Positions 10,067-20,400 of a stretch of DNA of 64,000 nucleotides are shown here, in pieces. The notes under the pieces were generated by a model, which had not been told where the DNA came from, did no database searches, and saw only the letters and a list, made by a program, of their open reading frames with translations. The DNA lies in contig CAZCBX010000001.1 of NCBI GenBank assembly GCA_964497185.1, forward strand, positions 231,519-295,518, given 5' to 3'. The DNA comes from an uncultured Bdellovibrionales bacterium. Its GTDB lineage: Bacteria; Bdellovibrionota_G; JALEGL01; JAGRMV01. Both the position numbers and the translations under genes were made by a program. Position 1 is the stretch's first letter. Every line of letters starts with the position of its first letter.

Positions 10067-10085
10067 ACTTACATAAGGATCACTC

Positions 10086-10568
10086 ATGGAAAGAATCCCC
10101 CTAACCCTTGAAGGCAAACAAAGGCTTCAAGAAGAATTAAAAAAAATGAAATCGGTGGAACGACCCGCCATTGTGGCCGCCATTGAAGAAGCACGTGCCC
10201 ACGGTGATTTAAAAGAAAATGCTGAATACCACGCCGCCAAAGATGCGCAAGGCAAGCTGGAAGCCTGGATCAGCAAATACGAAGACCACCTTTCGAGATC
10301 GGAAGTGGTGGACACCCAAAAACTTCCCACCGACCGTGTGGTGTTTGGACTCTGTGTTACAGTGATTGATGAAGCCGACGACCAAGAAAAAACCTATCAA
10401 ATTGTTGGCGAACTCGAAGCCAACATTGATGAGGGACGATTGTCGGTGACTTCCCCCCTTGCAAAATCGCTCATCGGCAAAGAAGTCGGGGACATAGCCA
10501 TTGTACGCGCACCGGGTGGCAATCGTGAGCTGGAAATTGTTGACATTCAGCATGCATCGGCTGCATAG
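10086..10568 (+). CDS. greA: transcription elongation factor GreA
   Basis: 160 aa. It has the N-terminal coiled-coil with the GDLKENAEYHAAK motif and a C-terminal FKBP-like domain. Confidence 0.9.
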   Translation: MERIPLTLEGKQRLQEELKKMKSVERPAIVAAIEEARAHGDLKENAEYHAAKDAQGKLEAWISKYEDHLSRSEVVDTQKLPTDRVVFGLCVTVIDEADDQEKTYQIVGELEANIDEGRLSVTSPLAKSLIGKEVGDIAIVRAPGGNRELEIVDIQHASAA

Positions 10569-10594
10569 TGGTCAGCAATCATAAAGGAGCTTGA

Positions 10595-11446
10595 ATGATC
10601 AAAATGCCCATCGGTTTGGCCAAGCGGTTTGTCGCGGGTGAAACATCCAGCGAAGCCATACGCGCAGTTGAAGAACTTCAAAAAGACGGCTTTGTGGCCA
10701 CGTTGGACCTATTGGGTGAAAACGTCGAAAGCATGGATCAAGCCGATGCCGCCATCGCAGCATATAAAAAGCTTTTCGAGCAAATGTCGGACTCGACCAT
10801 CACCAGCGGCGTCTCCATTAAATTGACACAGCTGGGTTTGGACTTTGGCGTGCAAATTTGTTTGGAAAAAGTACGCCAAGTATTGCAAATGGCCAAAGAA
10901 CACCGGATATTTGTGCGCATTGACATGGAGGGCTCCGATTACACCCATGCCACCATTGATATATTTGAAAAATTGCATGCTGAGTTCGACAACGTGGGCT
11001 TGGTGTTGCAGGCCTATTTGCATCGAAGCATGGCAGATGTTCAACGCATGGCAGAGATGGGCGCCTCCATTCGCGTGTGCAAAGGTGCCTACAAGGAGCC
11101 GGCTGAAATCGCCATTCAAAACATGCCTGCCATTCGTGAGCAATACAAAGCCATGGTTCAGGTGCTTCTAGAGGCCGGGTGCAAAACGGGCATTGCCACC
11201 CATGATGACAACTTAATCGACTGGGCCATCGAGTGGACCACAGCGCATCACATTGATCGAAGCTTGTTCGAATTTCAAATGCTGTATGGGTTGCGCCGCA
11301 ACAAAGGAAAATCTCTGATTGACCAAGGCTACCGCGTGCGCTCCTATGTACCTTACGGCACCCACTGGTTTCCCTACTTCTCCCGCCGCCTTCGCGAACG
11401 CAAAGAAAACCTCTTTTTTGTCATCAAAAGCCTGTTGTCAGATTAA
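10595..11446 (+). CDS. proline dehydrogenase (monofunctional PRODH family)
   Basis: The LQAYL, VCKGAYKEP, IATHDD and FEFQMLYGLR signatures of the PRODH beta8-alpha8 barrel. Confidence 0.8.
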   Translation: MIKMPIGLAKRFVAGETSSEAIRAVEELQKDGFVATLDLLGENVESMDQADAAIAAYKKLFEQMSDSTITSGVSIKLTQLGLDFGVQICLEKVRQVLQMAKEHRIFVRIDMEGSDYTHATIDIFEKLHAEFDNVGLVLQAYLHRSMADVQRMAEMGASIRVCKGAYKEPAEIAIQNMPAIREQYKAMVQVLLEAGCKTGIATHDDNLIDWAIEWTTAHHIDRSLFEFQMLYGLRRNKGKSLIDQGYRVRSYVPYGTHWFPYFSRRLRERKENLFFVIKSLLSD

Positions 11447-11491
11447 TATCATTGGCAACAGGTTTATTAAACCGTTGTCCATCTTTGAAAT

Positions 11492-12166
11492 TTAATCAGA
11501 GACCGTTTTGGAATTGGACAAATATGGGGTTTCGTTGAGTGTAAACGTGCCATCGCCGTTGTCGGTGTAGGGTACCACCACTACGCCTTGGCTGATTTGT
11601 CGACGGCCCGATGATTCGTACGCGATCGAATTGAGCAAAAAAATCCCAAAGGTCAGGCCACCCTCGTTGACATCGTTCTTTCGTACCAAGGATACGTGGG
11701 TATTTTCTTCGGCCACACCCAAAAAGTTGCAAACAACGTTGTTGGCGATGGTATCAAAATTTTCCTCTGCTACAAAAGTGCCGCATGCGGGGTTGGCACT
11801 GGCGCCTTCCGTGGATTCATCGGGGAGGGTGTTCATCAACCAAATTAAATCTTTTTCATTGTAGTCACCCCCAGTTACACCGCCAGCATCCGCATTGGTC
11901 AATGCAATGTTGTCGGTGTCATCATCGGTGGTGTCTTTGTTGGCAATGCTTTGCAAGCGCAGCACGGCTTTTTGTAGGCCCTTTTCAGCTTCGTATTTAA
12001 GTTCGGTGACGGTGCGGCGCACGCCTATGCGGCGTAGGGTGTTTTGAGAAGATCGAAGGCCCCATACACCAATGGCGGTGGCAATGACCAAAATCATGAT
12101 GAGCAGCACCACGGCAAAACCGCGCTGAGGGTGGTTTCTTAATTTTTTTCGAATCAAGGCTTCCAT
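11492..12166 (-). CDS. PilX-like / minor pseudopilin-like protein with an N-terminal hydrophobic helix
   Basis: The N-terminus RGFAVVLLIMILVIATAIGVWG resembles PilX_N/pseudopilin leader regions. The rest is unrecognised. No other pilus genes are adjacent. Confidence 0.35.
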   Translation of the reverse strand: MEALIRKKLRNHPQRGFAVVLLIMILVIATAIGVWGLRSSQNTLRRIGVRRTVTELKYEAEKGLQKAVLRLQSIANKDTTDDDTDNIALTNADAGGVTGGDYNEKDLIWLMNTLPDESTEGASANPACGTFVAEENFDTIANNVVCNFLGVAEENTHVSLVRKNDVNEGGLTFGIFLLNSIAYESSGRRQISQGVVVVPYTDNGDGTFTLNETPYLSNSKTVSD

Positions 12167-12693
12167 GGCGTATCCTCTACATTATGCACGTGATTGGCGC
12201 GTCTTGCCAGGACAAACAACCAATCGGATAATCGGTTGATGTATTGATAACATGGCATGTGAATTTGTTGTAGCTCTAATAAATCTGTGCACGCGCGCTC
12301 GGCGCGTCTGCATACGGTGCGTGCGTGATGAAGCGCGCTGCTTAATGGGTGACCGCCTGGCAATATAAAAGATTGTAGAGGGGTCAGTGTATCTTCCCAC
12401 CGATCGATGTCTTGTTCCAATTGTTCAACCAAAGCGGCGCGAAAACGGTTGTCAGGGTTTTGATCCAACGGGGTGGCCAAATCGGCGCCCAAAGCAAACA
12501 AATCATTTTGGACGCGCTTAAGCGCTTGATCAAAATCACCCTTGGGCGTCGTTTGGTTTCTTGCCATGCCCAACACGGCATTGAGTTCATCCACCGTGCC
12601 ATACGCATGGATGTTGGGGTGGTTTTTCGACACCCTGGGGCCTTGATACAACCCTGTTTTGCCCTGATCGCCTGTTTTGGTGTAAATTTTCAT
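12154..12693 (-). CDS. ATP:cob(I)alamin adenosyltransferase, PduO/MMAB type
   Basis: MKIYTKTGDQGKTGL...YGTVDELNAVLG, the typical PduO-type N-terminus. 179 aa. Confidence 0.8.
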   Translation of the reverse strand: MKIYTKTGDQGKTGLYQGPRVSKNHPNIHAYGTVDELNAVLGMARNQTTPKGDFDQALKRVQNDLFALGADLATPLDQNPDNRFRAALVEQLEQDIDRWEDTLTPLQSFILPGGHPLSSALHHARTVCRRAERACTDLLELQQIHMPCYQYINRLSDWLFVLARRANHVHNVEDTPWKP

Positions 12694-12743
12694 TTGTATT
12701 CAGTCAATCTACCACAGAATCATTGAGATGGCACACCCATGCG

Positions 12744-13412
12744 TTATGCTGTGGAAGGGGCCAAATGGTTGAGTAGCTCATGAATTTGGTCCACGATGAG
12801 GGTGGCATCCAACGCCATCATTTGCTCGCGGGGCGTAAAACCATGCAAAATGCCCACGGTTTGACAACCCGCCTGTTGACCCGCCAAAATGTCCACCGGA
12901 CTATCGCCCACCATCAAAGCCCGTTCGGGTTTGACCTTGAAATGATCCGCAGCAAAAAATAGCGGTTCAGGACTGGGTTTTTTGGTCGCAAGGCTATCGC
13001 CGCCCAGCACCACCTCAAAGTGATGGGCAATGTTAAAAAAATCGAGCAACTCATGACAAGGCTCTTCTCGCTTGTTGCTCACGACGGCCAGTGCGATGTT
13101 TTGCTTGGCTAACATATTCAATAGCTCCGGCACTTGGTGAAAAAGCTGAGTTTGGTTGTACATATTTTCTTGATAATGTTGTCGGTACTCCATGAGCGCT
13201 GTTTGCTGGGTTTTTTCATCGGGACCCAATAAGTCGGACATCAGGTTTTTGGATCCCCGTGCAAAATGTTCCAGCATCACGTCCATGGACAATGGCGGTG
13301 CCCCCACAAAGTCCAGGGCATGGTTTAAAGCCTTGTGAATATCCATACGAGAATCAATCAAGGTGCCATCCAAATCAAATATTACCAGCTGCACTTTGGA
13401 CCTATCAATCAT
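12744..13412 (-). CDS. HAD-superfamily hydrolase (phosphoglycolate phosphatase-like)
   Basis: VIFDLDGTLIDS motif I, the SNK motif and the GDSxxD motif IV. Confidence 0.75.
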   Translation of the reverse strand: MIDRSKVQLVIFDLDGTLIDSRMDIHKALNHALDFVGAPPLSMDVMLEHFARGSKNLMSDLLGPDEKTQQTALMEYRQHYQENMYNQTQLFHQVPELLNMLAKQNIALAVVSNKREEPCHELLDFFNIAHHFEVVLGGDSLATKKPSPEPLFFAADHFKVKPERALMVGDSPVDILAGQQAGCQTVGILHGFTPREQMMALDATLIVDQIHELLNHLAPSTA

Positions 13413-13487
13413 GACCCTTAAAGCTATAGCATAGTATTTGGCTCATCACCATTTGCCATCGCTGGCGCTCATTGATACAAATACTTC

Positions 13488-14279
13488 ATGATTGGGTACG
13501 CATTTTCTGATTTTGGTTATTTGGAAGTCCAAGGCGAGGACCGTTTGTCCTTTTTGCAAAATTTACTCACGCAAGATGTAAAAGTTTTGGATCAACAGCC
13601 CTATACGTGGGCTGCTTTGCTCACGCCCAAAAGCAAACTGATTGCTTGGATGAAAATGGTTGTCATGGATCAAAGCATTCAACTCTGGATGCCCAACCAA
13701 CAGCTAACCCAAACTTTTGACACACTGGAGCGTTACATCATTACCGAAGACGTAACCCTCCAAACCCATACGCAGGCTTGGCATGCATACCTATGGCAAG
13801 AGCCAACGCAGCTTCCAGCTTCAACCTTGGCTCTGCCAAGCCAAGATTTTACAGACCCTACGTGGTGTTTGTTGGGCCATGAGCCCCTGCCATTTTTAAA
13901 GCAAATGGCTTCCACAGTATTTGATGCCAAACGGGCACAGAGTGGTTACCCACTTTGGCAAGTCGATTTTGAAGACCCACTGCCGCTGGAAATTCCTTTT
14001 ATGCATCGGGGTTTTTCATTCAGCAAAGGCTGCTATGTGGGTCAAGAAACCATTGCCCGGTTGCATGGGCGGGGCATGAACGTGGGCAAGTCGTTGGTTG
14101 GCTTTCGATCATCCAAAGAATTTAAAGCAGGGCAAGCGTTGAGCACAAAAGTCGACCCTTCCTTGGCATGGGTCACCAGTGGCGGTATGCTTGAAGAGGG
14201 CTTTTATGGTCTGGCTTGGATTAAACGCAAAGCATTGGATCACGGGTGGGCCGATGAGGACATTGATTTATTGAATTAA
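13488..14279 (+). CDS. folate-binding GcvT-like protein (YgfZ / CAF17 family)
   Basis: The domain arrangement and the KGCYxGQE motif typical of YgfZ. Confidence 0.6.
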   Translation: MIGYAFSDFGYLEVQGEDRLSFLQNLLTQDVKVLDQQPYTWAALLTPKSKLIAWMKMVVMDQSIQLWMPNQQLTQTFDTLERYIITEDVTLQTHTQAWHAYLWQEPTQLPASTLALPSQDFTDPTWCLLGHEPLPFLKQMASTVFDAKRAQSGYPLWQVDFEDPLPLEIPFMHRGFSFSKGCYVGQETIARLHGRGMNVGKSLVGFRSSKEFKAGQALSTKVDPSLAWVTSGGMLEEGFYGLAWIKRKALDHGWADEDIDLLN

Positions 14280-14325
14280 CCCAATGTGGCTTAGCTCAAG
14301 ATCTTCAACATTTTTTTGAAAGGAT

Positions 14326-16374
14326 TTGCTTCCAATGAAAAATTTTTCTGTTTGTTTCCTATTGGCCACTGTTTTTTTGGCCACGCCTTATGCCAAGGCA
14401 AAAAAAGCGCTGCCTTTTTCCTTTTACATCCAGCCTGCAAAACTTACCCAAGCCTGTGCTGAGCATCAGCAAAAGCTACAAGCATCCATCCAGCAAATCA
14501 TGGACACCCAAAACGCGACGTTTTCAAACACGGTCGTGGCACTGGAACAAGCGTTAGCCTGGTTTGACCGAGACACCAATTTAATCACCTTTTTGGCTTA
14601 TGTATCGCCGGATGCGGATCTACGTGAAGCGTCCAAAGCGTGCGAGCTTGAAATTGAAAAAATGTACATTGATCTTTTTGCCAATCAAGCTTTGTTTGAA
14701 CAAGTGCAGCAAGTGGTCAAAAGCAAGGCTTATAAAAAATTAAACATGGAGGACCAGCGCTTGGTCGATGCTTATCACCGGGGCTTTATCAGCAATGGTT
14801 TGGGTGTTGAAAAAAAAGAGGATCGGGAGCAAGTCGTTGCATTAAAAAAGGAAATTGCAGCCTTAACCTCTGAATTTGCCAAAAACATTCGTGAAAAAAC
14901 GGGCACTCTTTGGGTGACCAAAGAGCAGCTGGCGGGCATGGATCCAGCATTTATCGCGCGTCTAGAAAGAAAAAAAGATCAGTATCAATTAACCACAGAC
15001 TATCCCGTATATATGCCATTTATGCGACAGGGCAGCCATGCACCCACCCGTAAAGCATTGGCGAAGGTGTATCAACAGCGCGGCGGCAAAGAAAATGTGA
15101 ACTTATTGGAAACCACGCTTGTTAAACGAGCCGAGCTGGCAAAGCTGCTTGGTTTTGAAACCCATGCCCATGCGGTGCTGGGTTTAAAAGAGCGGATGGC
15201 CCAATCGCCCCAACAGGTTCAAACGTTTATCACCGAGCTGCAAACCAAACTCAAACCATTGCTGGACAAAGATGTAGCCAAAATGAAACAGCTCAAGTGC
15301 AAAGAAATCGACTGTAAAAAATCGACGGACACACCCCTTGAAATTTATGATGTGAGGTATTACCGCCACCAAATGAAACAAGAAAAAGGCAACCTCGACA
15401 TGCAAAAAATTCAAGAATACTTTCCGTTGGACAAAGTGACCGAGGGTATGTTTGAAATCTACCAAACATTGTTGGGCGTTTCGTTTCAGGCTGTACCCAA
15501 TCCGCCGCGGTGGCATGAGGCGGTGAAGCTGTATCAAGTGACCGACTCCGCAACGGATCAGACTTTGGGTTACTTTTACATGGATTTATTTCCGCGCGAA
15601 GGCAAATACAAACATGCGGCCGCCTTTAATTTGGGCAAACCTCAAAAAATCAACGGCCAGACGCACACCACGCTGTCCGCCATGGTGTGTAATTTTACAC
15701 CGCCCAGCAACACGCAGCCTTCGCTGCTAACGCACGATGAAGTGGAAACTTATTTTCATGAGTTTGGTCATGTCATGCATGGCGTGGTTTCGCAAACGCA
15801 GTATGCCTCACAAGGCGGGACTTCGGTGGCGCGTGATTTTGTAGAAGCACCTTCTCAAATGCTGGAAAACTGGGTTTGGGATGCCAAAGCGTTGGCTTTG
15901 TTATCTTCGCACTATCAAACCGGTCAACCCTTGCCTCAAACCGAGCTGGACCAGTTGTCGGCCCTTCAAACCGTGGCATCTGGGTACAATTATTCCAGAC
16001 AGCTATTTTATGCCATGCTGGATATGCAATATCATACGGCCACCAAAGCAATCGACACCATGGACCTTTGGGGTCGATTGCAAAAAGAGTATTTAGGCAT
16101 TGAAATGTTGGACGATACCTATCCGCAGGCCTCCTTTGGCCATCCGATGGGTGGCTATGATGCCGGTTATTATGGGTACATGTGGTCAAAAGTGTACGCG
16201 CAAGATATGTACACTCGTTTTGAGCGCAAGGGTATACTCAACCCCAAGGTTGGCGCTCGCTACCGCAAATGGATTTTGGAAAAAGGCAGCGCCAAACCGG
16301 CAGATGTATTGGTGCGAAAATTTTTAAAACGCTCGCCCAATCAGCAAGCCTTTATTGAAAGTTTGGGACTGTAA
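14326..16374 (+). CDS. M3-family zinc metallopeptidase (oligopeptidase A / peptidyl-dipeptidase Dcp-like), secreted
   Basis: It has a signal peptide, an HEFGHVMHG zinc motif, and M3-type length and downstream motifs. Confidence 0.8.
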   Translation: MLPMKNFSVCFLLATVFLATPYAKAKKALPFSFYIQPAKLTQACAEHQQKLQASIQQIMDTQNATFSNTVVALEQALAWFDRDTNLITFLAYVSPDADLREASKACELEIEKMYIDLFANQALFEQVQQVVKSKAYKKLNMEDQRLVDAYHRGFISNGLGVEKKEDREQVVALKKEIAALTSEFAKNIREKTGTLWVTKEQLAGMDPAFIARLERKKDQYQLTTDYPVYMPFMRQGSHAPTRKALAKVYQQRGGKENVNLLETTLVKRAELAKLLGFETHAHAVLGLKERMAQSPQQVQTFITELQTKLKPLLDKDVAKMKQLKCKEIDCKKSTDTPLEIYDVRYYRHQMKQEKGNLDMQKIQEYFPLDKVTEGMFEIYQTLLGVSFQAVPNPPRWHEAVKLYQVTDSATDQTLGYFYMDLFPREGKYKHAAAFNLGKPQKINGQTHTTLSAMVCNFTPPSNTQPSLLTHDEVETYFHEFGHVMHGVVSQTQYASQGGTSVARDFVEAPSQMLENWVWDAKALALLSSHYQTGQPLPQTELDQLSALQTVASGYNYSRQLFYAMLDMQYHTATKAIDTMDLWGRLQKEYLGIEMLDDTYPQASFGHPMGGYDAGYYGYMWSKVYAQDMYTRFERKGILNPKVGARYRKWILEKGSAKPADVLVRKFLKRSPNQQAFIESLGL

Positions 16375-17036
16375 TGAAAGACACGCAAGCATTGTTTTTT
16401 CTTCAAATGGAATTGGGTCCCATGGCCAACTTTGTATACTTTATGGGCGATCCGTCCACGCGTGAAATGATGGTGGTGGATCCAGCATGGGACGTAAACA
16501 CCATACGGCAAGTCGCAGCAGATCATGATTACCGGTTGACCAAGGCGCTTATCACACACGGTCATCCAGATCACATCAATGCAGTCGAAACCCTTTTGCA
16601 TGAAGACGGCATCCAAGTCTATATGCACAAAGATGAAGTGCCATGGATTGATGGGTGGAAAGAAACCGCCATTGCCACCGAACATTTAACCAAGGTAGCG
16701 CTGGGGCAACATGAGATCAGCTGCATTCATACACCGGGCCATACCCAAGGCTCTCAATGTTTTTTATTCAATGATCAGCTCATTACGGGCGACACATTGT
16801 TCATTGATGGATGTGGACGCACGGATCTGCCGGGTGGTGATCCCGAAAAACTGTACACCAGTTTAACCCAAGTCATCCGCGCCATGCCCGATCAGACAGT
16901 TTTGTATCCTGGGCATCGATACCATGAGGACGCCCATCAATGCTTGTCTGATCAAAAACGAACCAACCCTTTTTTACAAGCTCAAACCAAAACTCAATTT
17001 TTATCCAAGGTCCGCCCCGACCTAAGCCATATATGA
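16374..17036 (+). CDS. MBL-fold metallo-hydrolase (glyoxalase II-like)
   Basis: THGHPDH motif. The start overlaps the stop of the M3 peptidase. Confidence 0.75.
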   Translation: MKDTQALFFLQMELGPMANFVYFMGDPSTREMMVVDPAWDVNTIRQVAADHDYRLTKALITHGHPDHINAVETLLHEDGIQVYMHKDEVPWIDGWKETAIATEHLTKVALGQHEISCIHTPGHTQGSQCFLFNDQLITGDTLFIDGCGRTDLPGGDPEKLYTSLTQVIRAMPDQTVLYPGHRYHEDAHQCLSDQKRTNPFLQAQTKTQFLSKVRPDLSHI

Positions 17037-17192
17037 TTGTTTCATTTATCCCTAAGCTACGGAGGTTTTTGTCCAAACTCTACAGGGCAGGACTCCGCTT
17101 CGCTGCGTAACAGCCCTTACGCGCTTGAACAAAAACCCTTTTGCCACACACAAATCGAACTCTGTTCCAAAGTAAAATAAATGATACAAACA

Positions 17193-17222
17193 AACGCCAT
17201 CGGCGTTTATCTTTATAACGAC
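17193..17222. terminator. bidirectional rho-independent terminator hairpin between the convergent MBL-hydrolase and tkt genes
   Basis: A 7-bp GC-containing stem (aaacgcc atc ggcgttt). It is flanked by an A-run upstream and a T-rich tract downstream, so it reads as a terminator on both strands. Confidence 0.5.
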
Positions 17223-17292
17223 ACTAAAACTGCCCCACAGAGGAAGCATCAGACCCCCTCGGGCCCCACGGCGCCTCAATGAAACAAACCCA

Positions 17293-19269
17293 TTAAACCA
17301 ACGTCATGATTTGGTCAAAAACCGAATTCGGTGTAAAGCCAAAGTGTTCAGCAACAACTTTGCCGGGCCCCGAAGCACCAAATTCATCCATCGAAATCAC
17401 CAAGCCATCCGCACCAACCCATTTGTACCAAAGGTCACCTTGAGCTGCTTCTATGGCCACAGTTCGGATGTTTTCAGGCAGTACATTGTGAATGTAATGG
17501 GTGTCTTGTTCCGCAAAACGTTCCAAACATGGGATGGAAACCACCCGTACAGATTTATCTTTCTTTTCAAGCAGGGCCTTGGTCTCCATGGCAAGACCCA
17601 CTTCAGACCCGGTGGCTATCAAGATTAAATCCAGTTCGGGTTGAATACCTTCGGATAAAATGTACCCGCCTTTGTCCAAATCGGGGTGCATGTCTTGGGC
17701 GACTTCAGGTAAGTTTTGACGGGTTAAAATAATAGAGGTTGGCCCGTCGGTTTTTTCCAAAGCCCACTTCCAAGCCATGGCCGTTTCATACGCATCGCAA
17801 GGCCGAATCACCTGATGGTTGGGAATCAACCGAAGGCTGGGCACTTGCTCCACGGGTTGGTGGGTGGGACCATCTTCGCCCACATGAAAACTATCATGGG
17901 TGAAAACGAAAATATTCTGTAATTTGGATAAGGCCGCCAATCGAATGGCCGGGCGCATGTAATCAGAAAATACAAGAAACGTGGACGAAAACGGAATGCA
18001 GCTACCATGCAGGCGCATACCGTTGGTGATGGCGCCCATGGCATGTTCACGAATGCCAAAGTGAATGTTTCGGCCATCGAATTTGTTCTTCTGAATGTGA
18101 TCTTCTTCGGCGAGTGTCGTTTTGCAAGAGCTGGCCAAATCTGCTGATCCACCGACCAGACCAGGAACATGCTGTGCCACTTGTTGTAAAATTTTTCCAG
18201 AAAGCGCACGGGTTGCGGCCGGCATTTCTGGTAGGCAAGCGGTCCAATCAATCTTTGTTACATCAGGTGATGTCCAGCGCCTGTCCCACTGCTGGGCTTT
18301 GTCGGGATGACTTTCACGCCATTGCTGCATTTTTTCTTCCCATGCTTTGCGCTGTTCATCCACCGCAGCAGCCCGTTCTTTGAAATGCTGATACACTTCG
18401 TCGGGCACGACAAATGTATCGCCGGTCGACCATGACAGTGCTTTGCGCGTGGCTGCGACTTCGTCTTTGCCCAAGGGCGCGCCATGGGCACCAGATGTGC
18501 CTTGTTTGTTTGGCGCACCGTTGGCGATGTTTGTTTTGGCAATGATGATGGAGGGTCGCTCGGTTTCTTGCTTTGCTTTTTGCAGGCTCTCACCAATGGC
18601 TTGATGATCGTGACCATCAATGCGTTGAACCATCCATCCAAACGCTTTAAAACGGCCGGCGATGTCCTCGCTAAACGTTAAATCCGTATCCCCGTCAATG
18701 CTGATGTTGTTGTCGTCGTAAATATAGGTCAGGTTGCTTAAACCCAAATGGCCCGCCAGCGAGGCGCTTTCAGAGGAAATCCCTTCCATTAAATCGCCAT
18801 CCGAAACCAGCGCGTACACCTGATGATCCATGGGGTGAAAGCCATCACTTTGAAACAATGCGTTCATGTGTTTGGCTGCCAATGCCATGCCCACCGCATT
18901 GCCGGTGCCTTGTCCCAGTGGGCCGGTTGTGGCTTCTACACCCTGGGTATGGCCTACTTCTGGGTGGCCAGGTGTTTTGCTTCCCAGCTGCCGAAATTTT
19001 TGAAGATCTTGCATGTCCACATCAAAGCCGGACAGGTGCAGCAGTGCATATTGCAACATGGAGCCATGACCCGCCGACAAAATGAATCGATCTCGGTTGG
19101 GCCATTGGGGGGCATTGGGGGTGATATTTAAAAACTCTGTCCACAACACGTAAGCCAAGTCGGCACATCCCATGGGCAAGCCAGGGTGTCCGCTGTTGGC
19201 ACGTTCAATGGCGTCGATGGCCAAAAATTTTATGGTTTTGGTGCTTAGGTCTGCGATGGCGGAGGGCAT
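17293..19269 (-). CDS. tkt: transketolase
   Basis: Full-length 658 aa, with the HPGLPMGCAD N-terminal region and the thiamine-diphosphate binding GDGDLMEG motif. Confidence 0.9.
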   Translation of the reverse strand: MPSAIADLSTKTIKFLAIDAIERANSGHPGLPMGCADLAYVLWTEFLNITPNAPQWPNRDRFILSAGHGSMLQYALLHLSGFDVDMQDLQKFRQLGSKTPGHPEVGHTQGVEATTGPLGQGTGNAVGMALAAKHMNALFQSDGFHPMDHQVYALVSDGDLMEGISSESASLAGHLGLSNLTYIYDDNNISIDGDTDLTFSEDIAGRFKAFGWMVQRIDGHDHQAIGESLQKAKQETERPSIIIAKTNIANGAPNKQGTSGAHGAPLGKDEVAATRKALSWSTGDTFVVPDEVYQHFKERAAAVDEQRKAWEEKMQQWRESHPDKAQQWDRRWTSPDVTKIDWTACLPEMPAATRALSGKILQQVAQHVPGLVGGSADLASSCKTTLAEEDHIQKNKFDGRNIHFGIREHAMGAITNGMRLHGSCIPFSSTFLVFSDYMRPAIRLAALSKLQNIFVFTHDSFHVGEDGPTHQPVEQVPSLRLIPNHQVIRPCDAYETAMAWKWALEKTDGPTSIILTRQNLPEVAQDMHPDLDKGGYILSEGIQPELDLILIATGSEVGLAMETKALLEKKDKSVRVVSIPCLERFAEQDTHYIHNVLPENIRTVAIEAAQGDLWYKWVGADGLVISMDEFGASGPGKVVAEHFGFTPNSVFDQIMTLV

Positions 19270-19454
19270 AGAACATCTTTCTGGTGTAGGGTGCTTGAAT
19301 TTTAACTTTTCTTATCTTAACTGATTGAGAATGTCACGTAGGGCAGTTGTCGTATGGGGTGATTGGGCTTAAAGCCTTTGATTTCAGCGTTTGGCAGCGA
19401 ATCACCCATCGATGGGTGATTGACACGCCCATGCATATTTGGTAGGGTCCGACC

Positions 19455-19739
19455 ATGAACAAGCTTATTCCAACTATCATAGGTGCTTTGGCTTTTTTGG
19501 CTGTAAATGCGCACGCGCAGGAATCACAAGATACTCCTGTTCAACCACCCACTTACAGCACAGATAATCAGCAAGACACTTATTCTTATTCACTACCGGA
19601 CGTGTTTCAGGAAAAGCAGGACCGCGTAGACACGGAAAATCAAAACCAGGAAAATCCGCAAGATCAAGAACAGCGTCAGCTATTGATTCAAAACATTCGT
19701 CGGTTGTACCAAAACCACGACCATAATTTGCAGCCTTAA
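19455..19739 (+). CDS. small secreted Q/D/N-rich hypothetical protein
   Basis: A signal peptide (AFLAVNAHAQE) followed by a low-complexity polar segment. Confidence 0.4.
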   Translation: MNKLIPTIIGALAFLAVNAHAQESQDTPVQPPTYSTDNQQDTYSYSLPDVFQEKQDRVDTENQNQENPQDQEQRQLLIQNIRRLYQNHDHNLQP

Positions 19740-19748
19740 TTTTTACAC

Positions 19749-20348
19749 GTGACCATGCACCAAGTATTACAACGTCGTTGGGTTTTCACGGTTGGTTTCA
19801 TCATTTGTTTATTGAGTTTTTATCATTGTACACATTCTACTGGAAAGGGGGCTCAAGTGAGCCAAAGTGAAGGAAAAACAGCCGTTATTCAAACCAATGT
19901 CGGCGTTATCGAATTTGAATTTTTGCCAGAATTGGCGCCCAATCACGTTGAAAATTTTAAAAAACTTGCCCGTAGCGATTTCTATGACGGAACCACCTTT
20001 CACCGGGTCATTCCAGGGTTCATGATTCAGGGCGGAGATCCCAACTCTCGCAATGCTGATCGTAGCGTACACGGTACAGGCGGTCCTGGTTATACCATTG
20101 ATGCAGAATTTTCAGACAAAGACCACAAACGTGGCGTAGTATCCATGGCGCGCAGTGCCGACCCCAACAGTGCCGGCAGTCAGTTTTTTATTGTCGTAGA
20201 TGATGCGCCTCACTTAAACAATCAATACACAGCTTTCGGTCAAGTGACCAAAGGCATGGATGTGGTGGATCAAATTGTCAGCGTGCCCAGAGATGGCCGC
20301 GACAATCCATTAAAACCCATCATCGTTGAAAAAGTTTCCATTCAATAG
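19749..20348 (+). CDS. cyclophilin-type peptidyl-prolyl cis-trans isomerase with N-terminal membrane/signal anchor
   Basis: The HRVIPGFMIQGGDP and SMARSADPNSAGSQFFI cyclophilin motifs. Confidence 0.85.
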   Translation: MTMHQVLQRRWVFTVGFIICLLSFYHCTHSTGKGAQVSQSEGKTAVIQTNVGVIEFEFLPELAPNHVENFKKLARSDFYDGTTFHRVIPGFMIQGGDPNSRNADRSVHGTGGPGYTIDAEFSDKDHKRGVVSMARSADPNSAGSQFFIVVDDAPHLNNQYTAFGQVTKGMDVVDQIVSVPRDGRDNPLKPIIVEKVSIQ

Positions 20349-20361
20349 AATATCGTAAGTA

Positions 20362-20400
20362 AAGAGCGCCAAGCGAGTTTGCGCTAAGATTTTTTTATTT
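20362..20400 (+). terminator. putative rho-independent terminator after the PPIase gene
   Basis: A short hairpin (agcgc...gcgct) followed by a ttttttt-atttag T-run. Confidence 0.35.
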
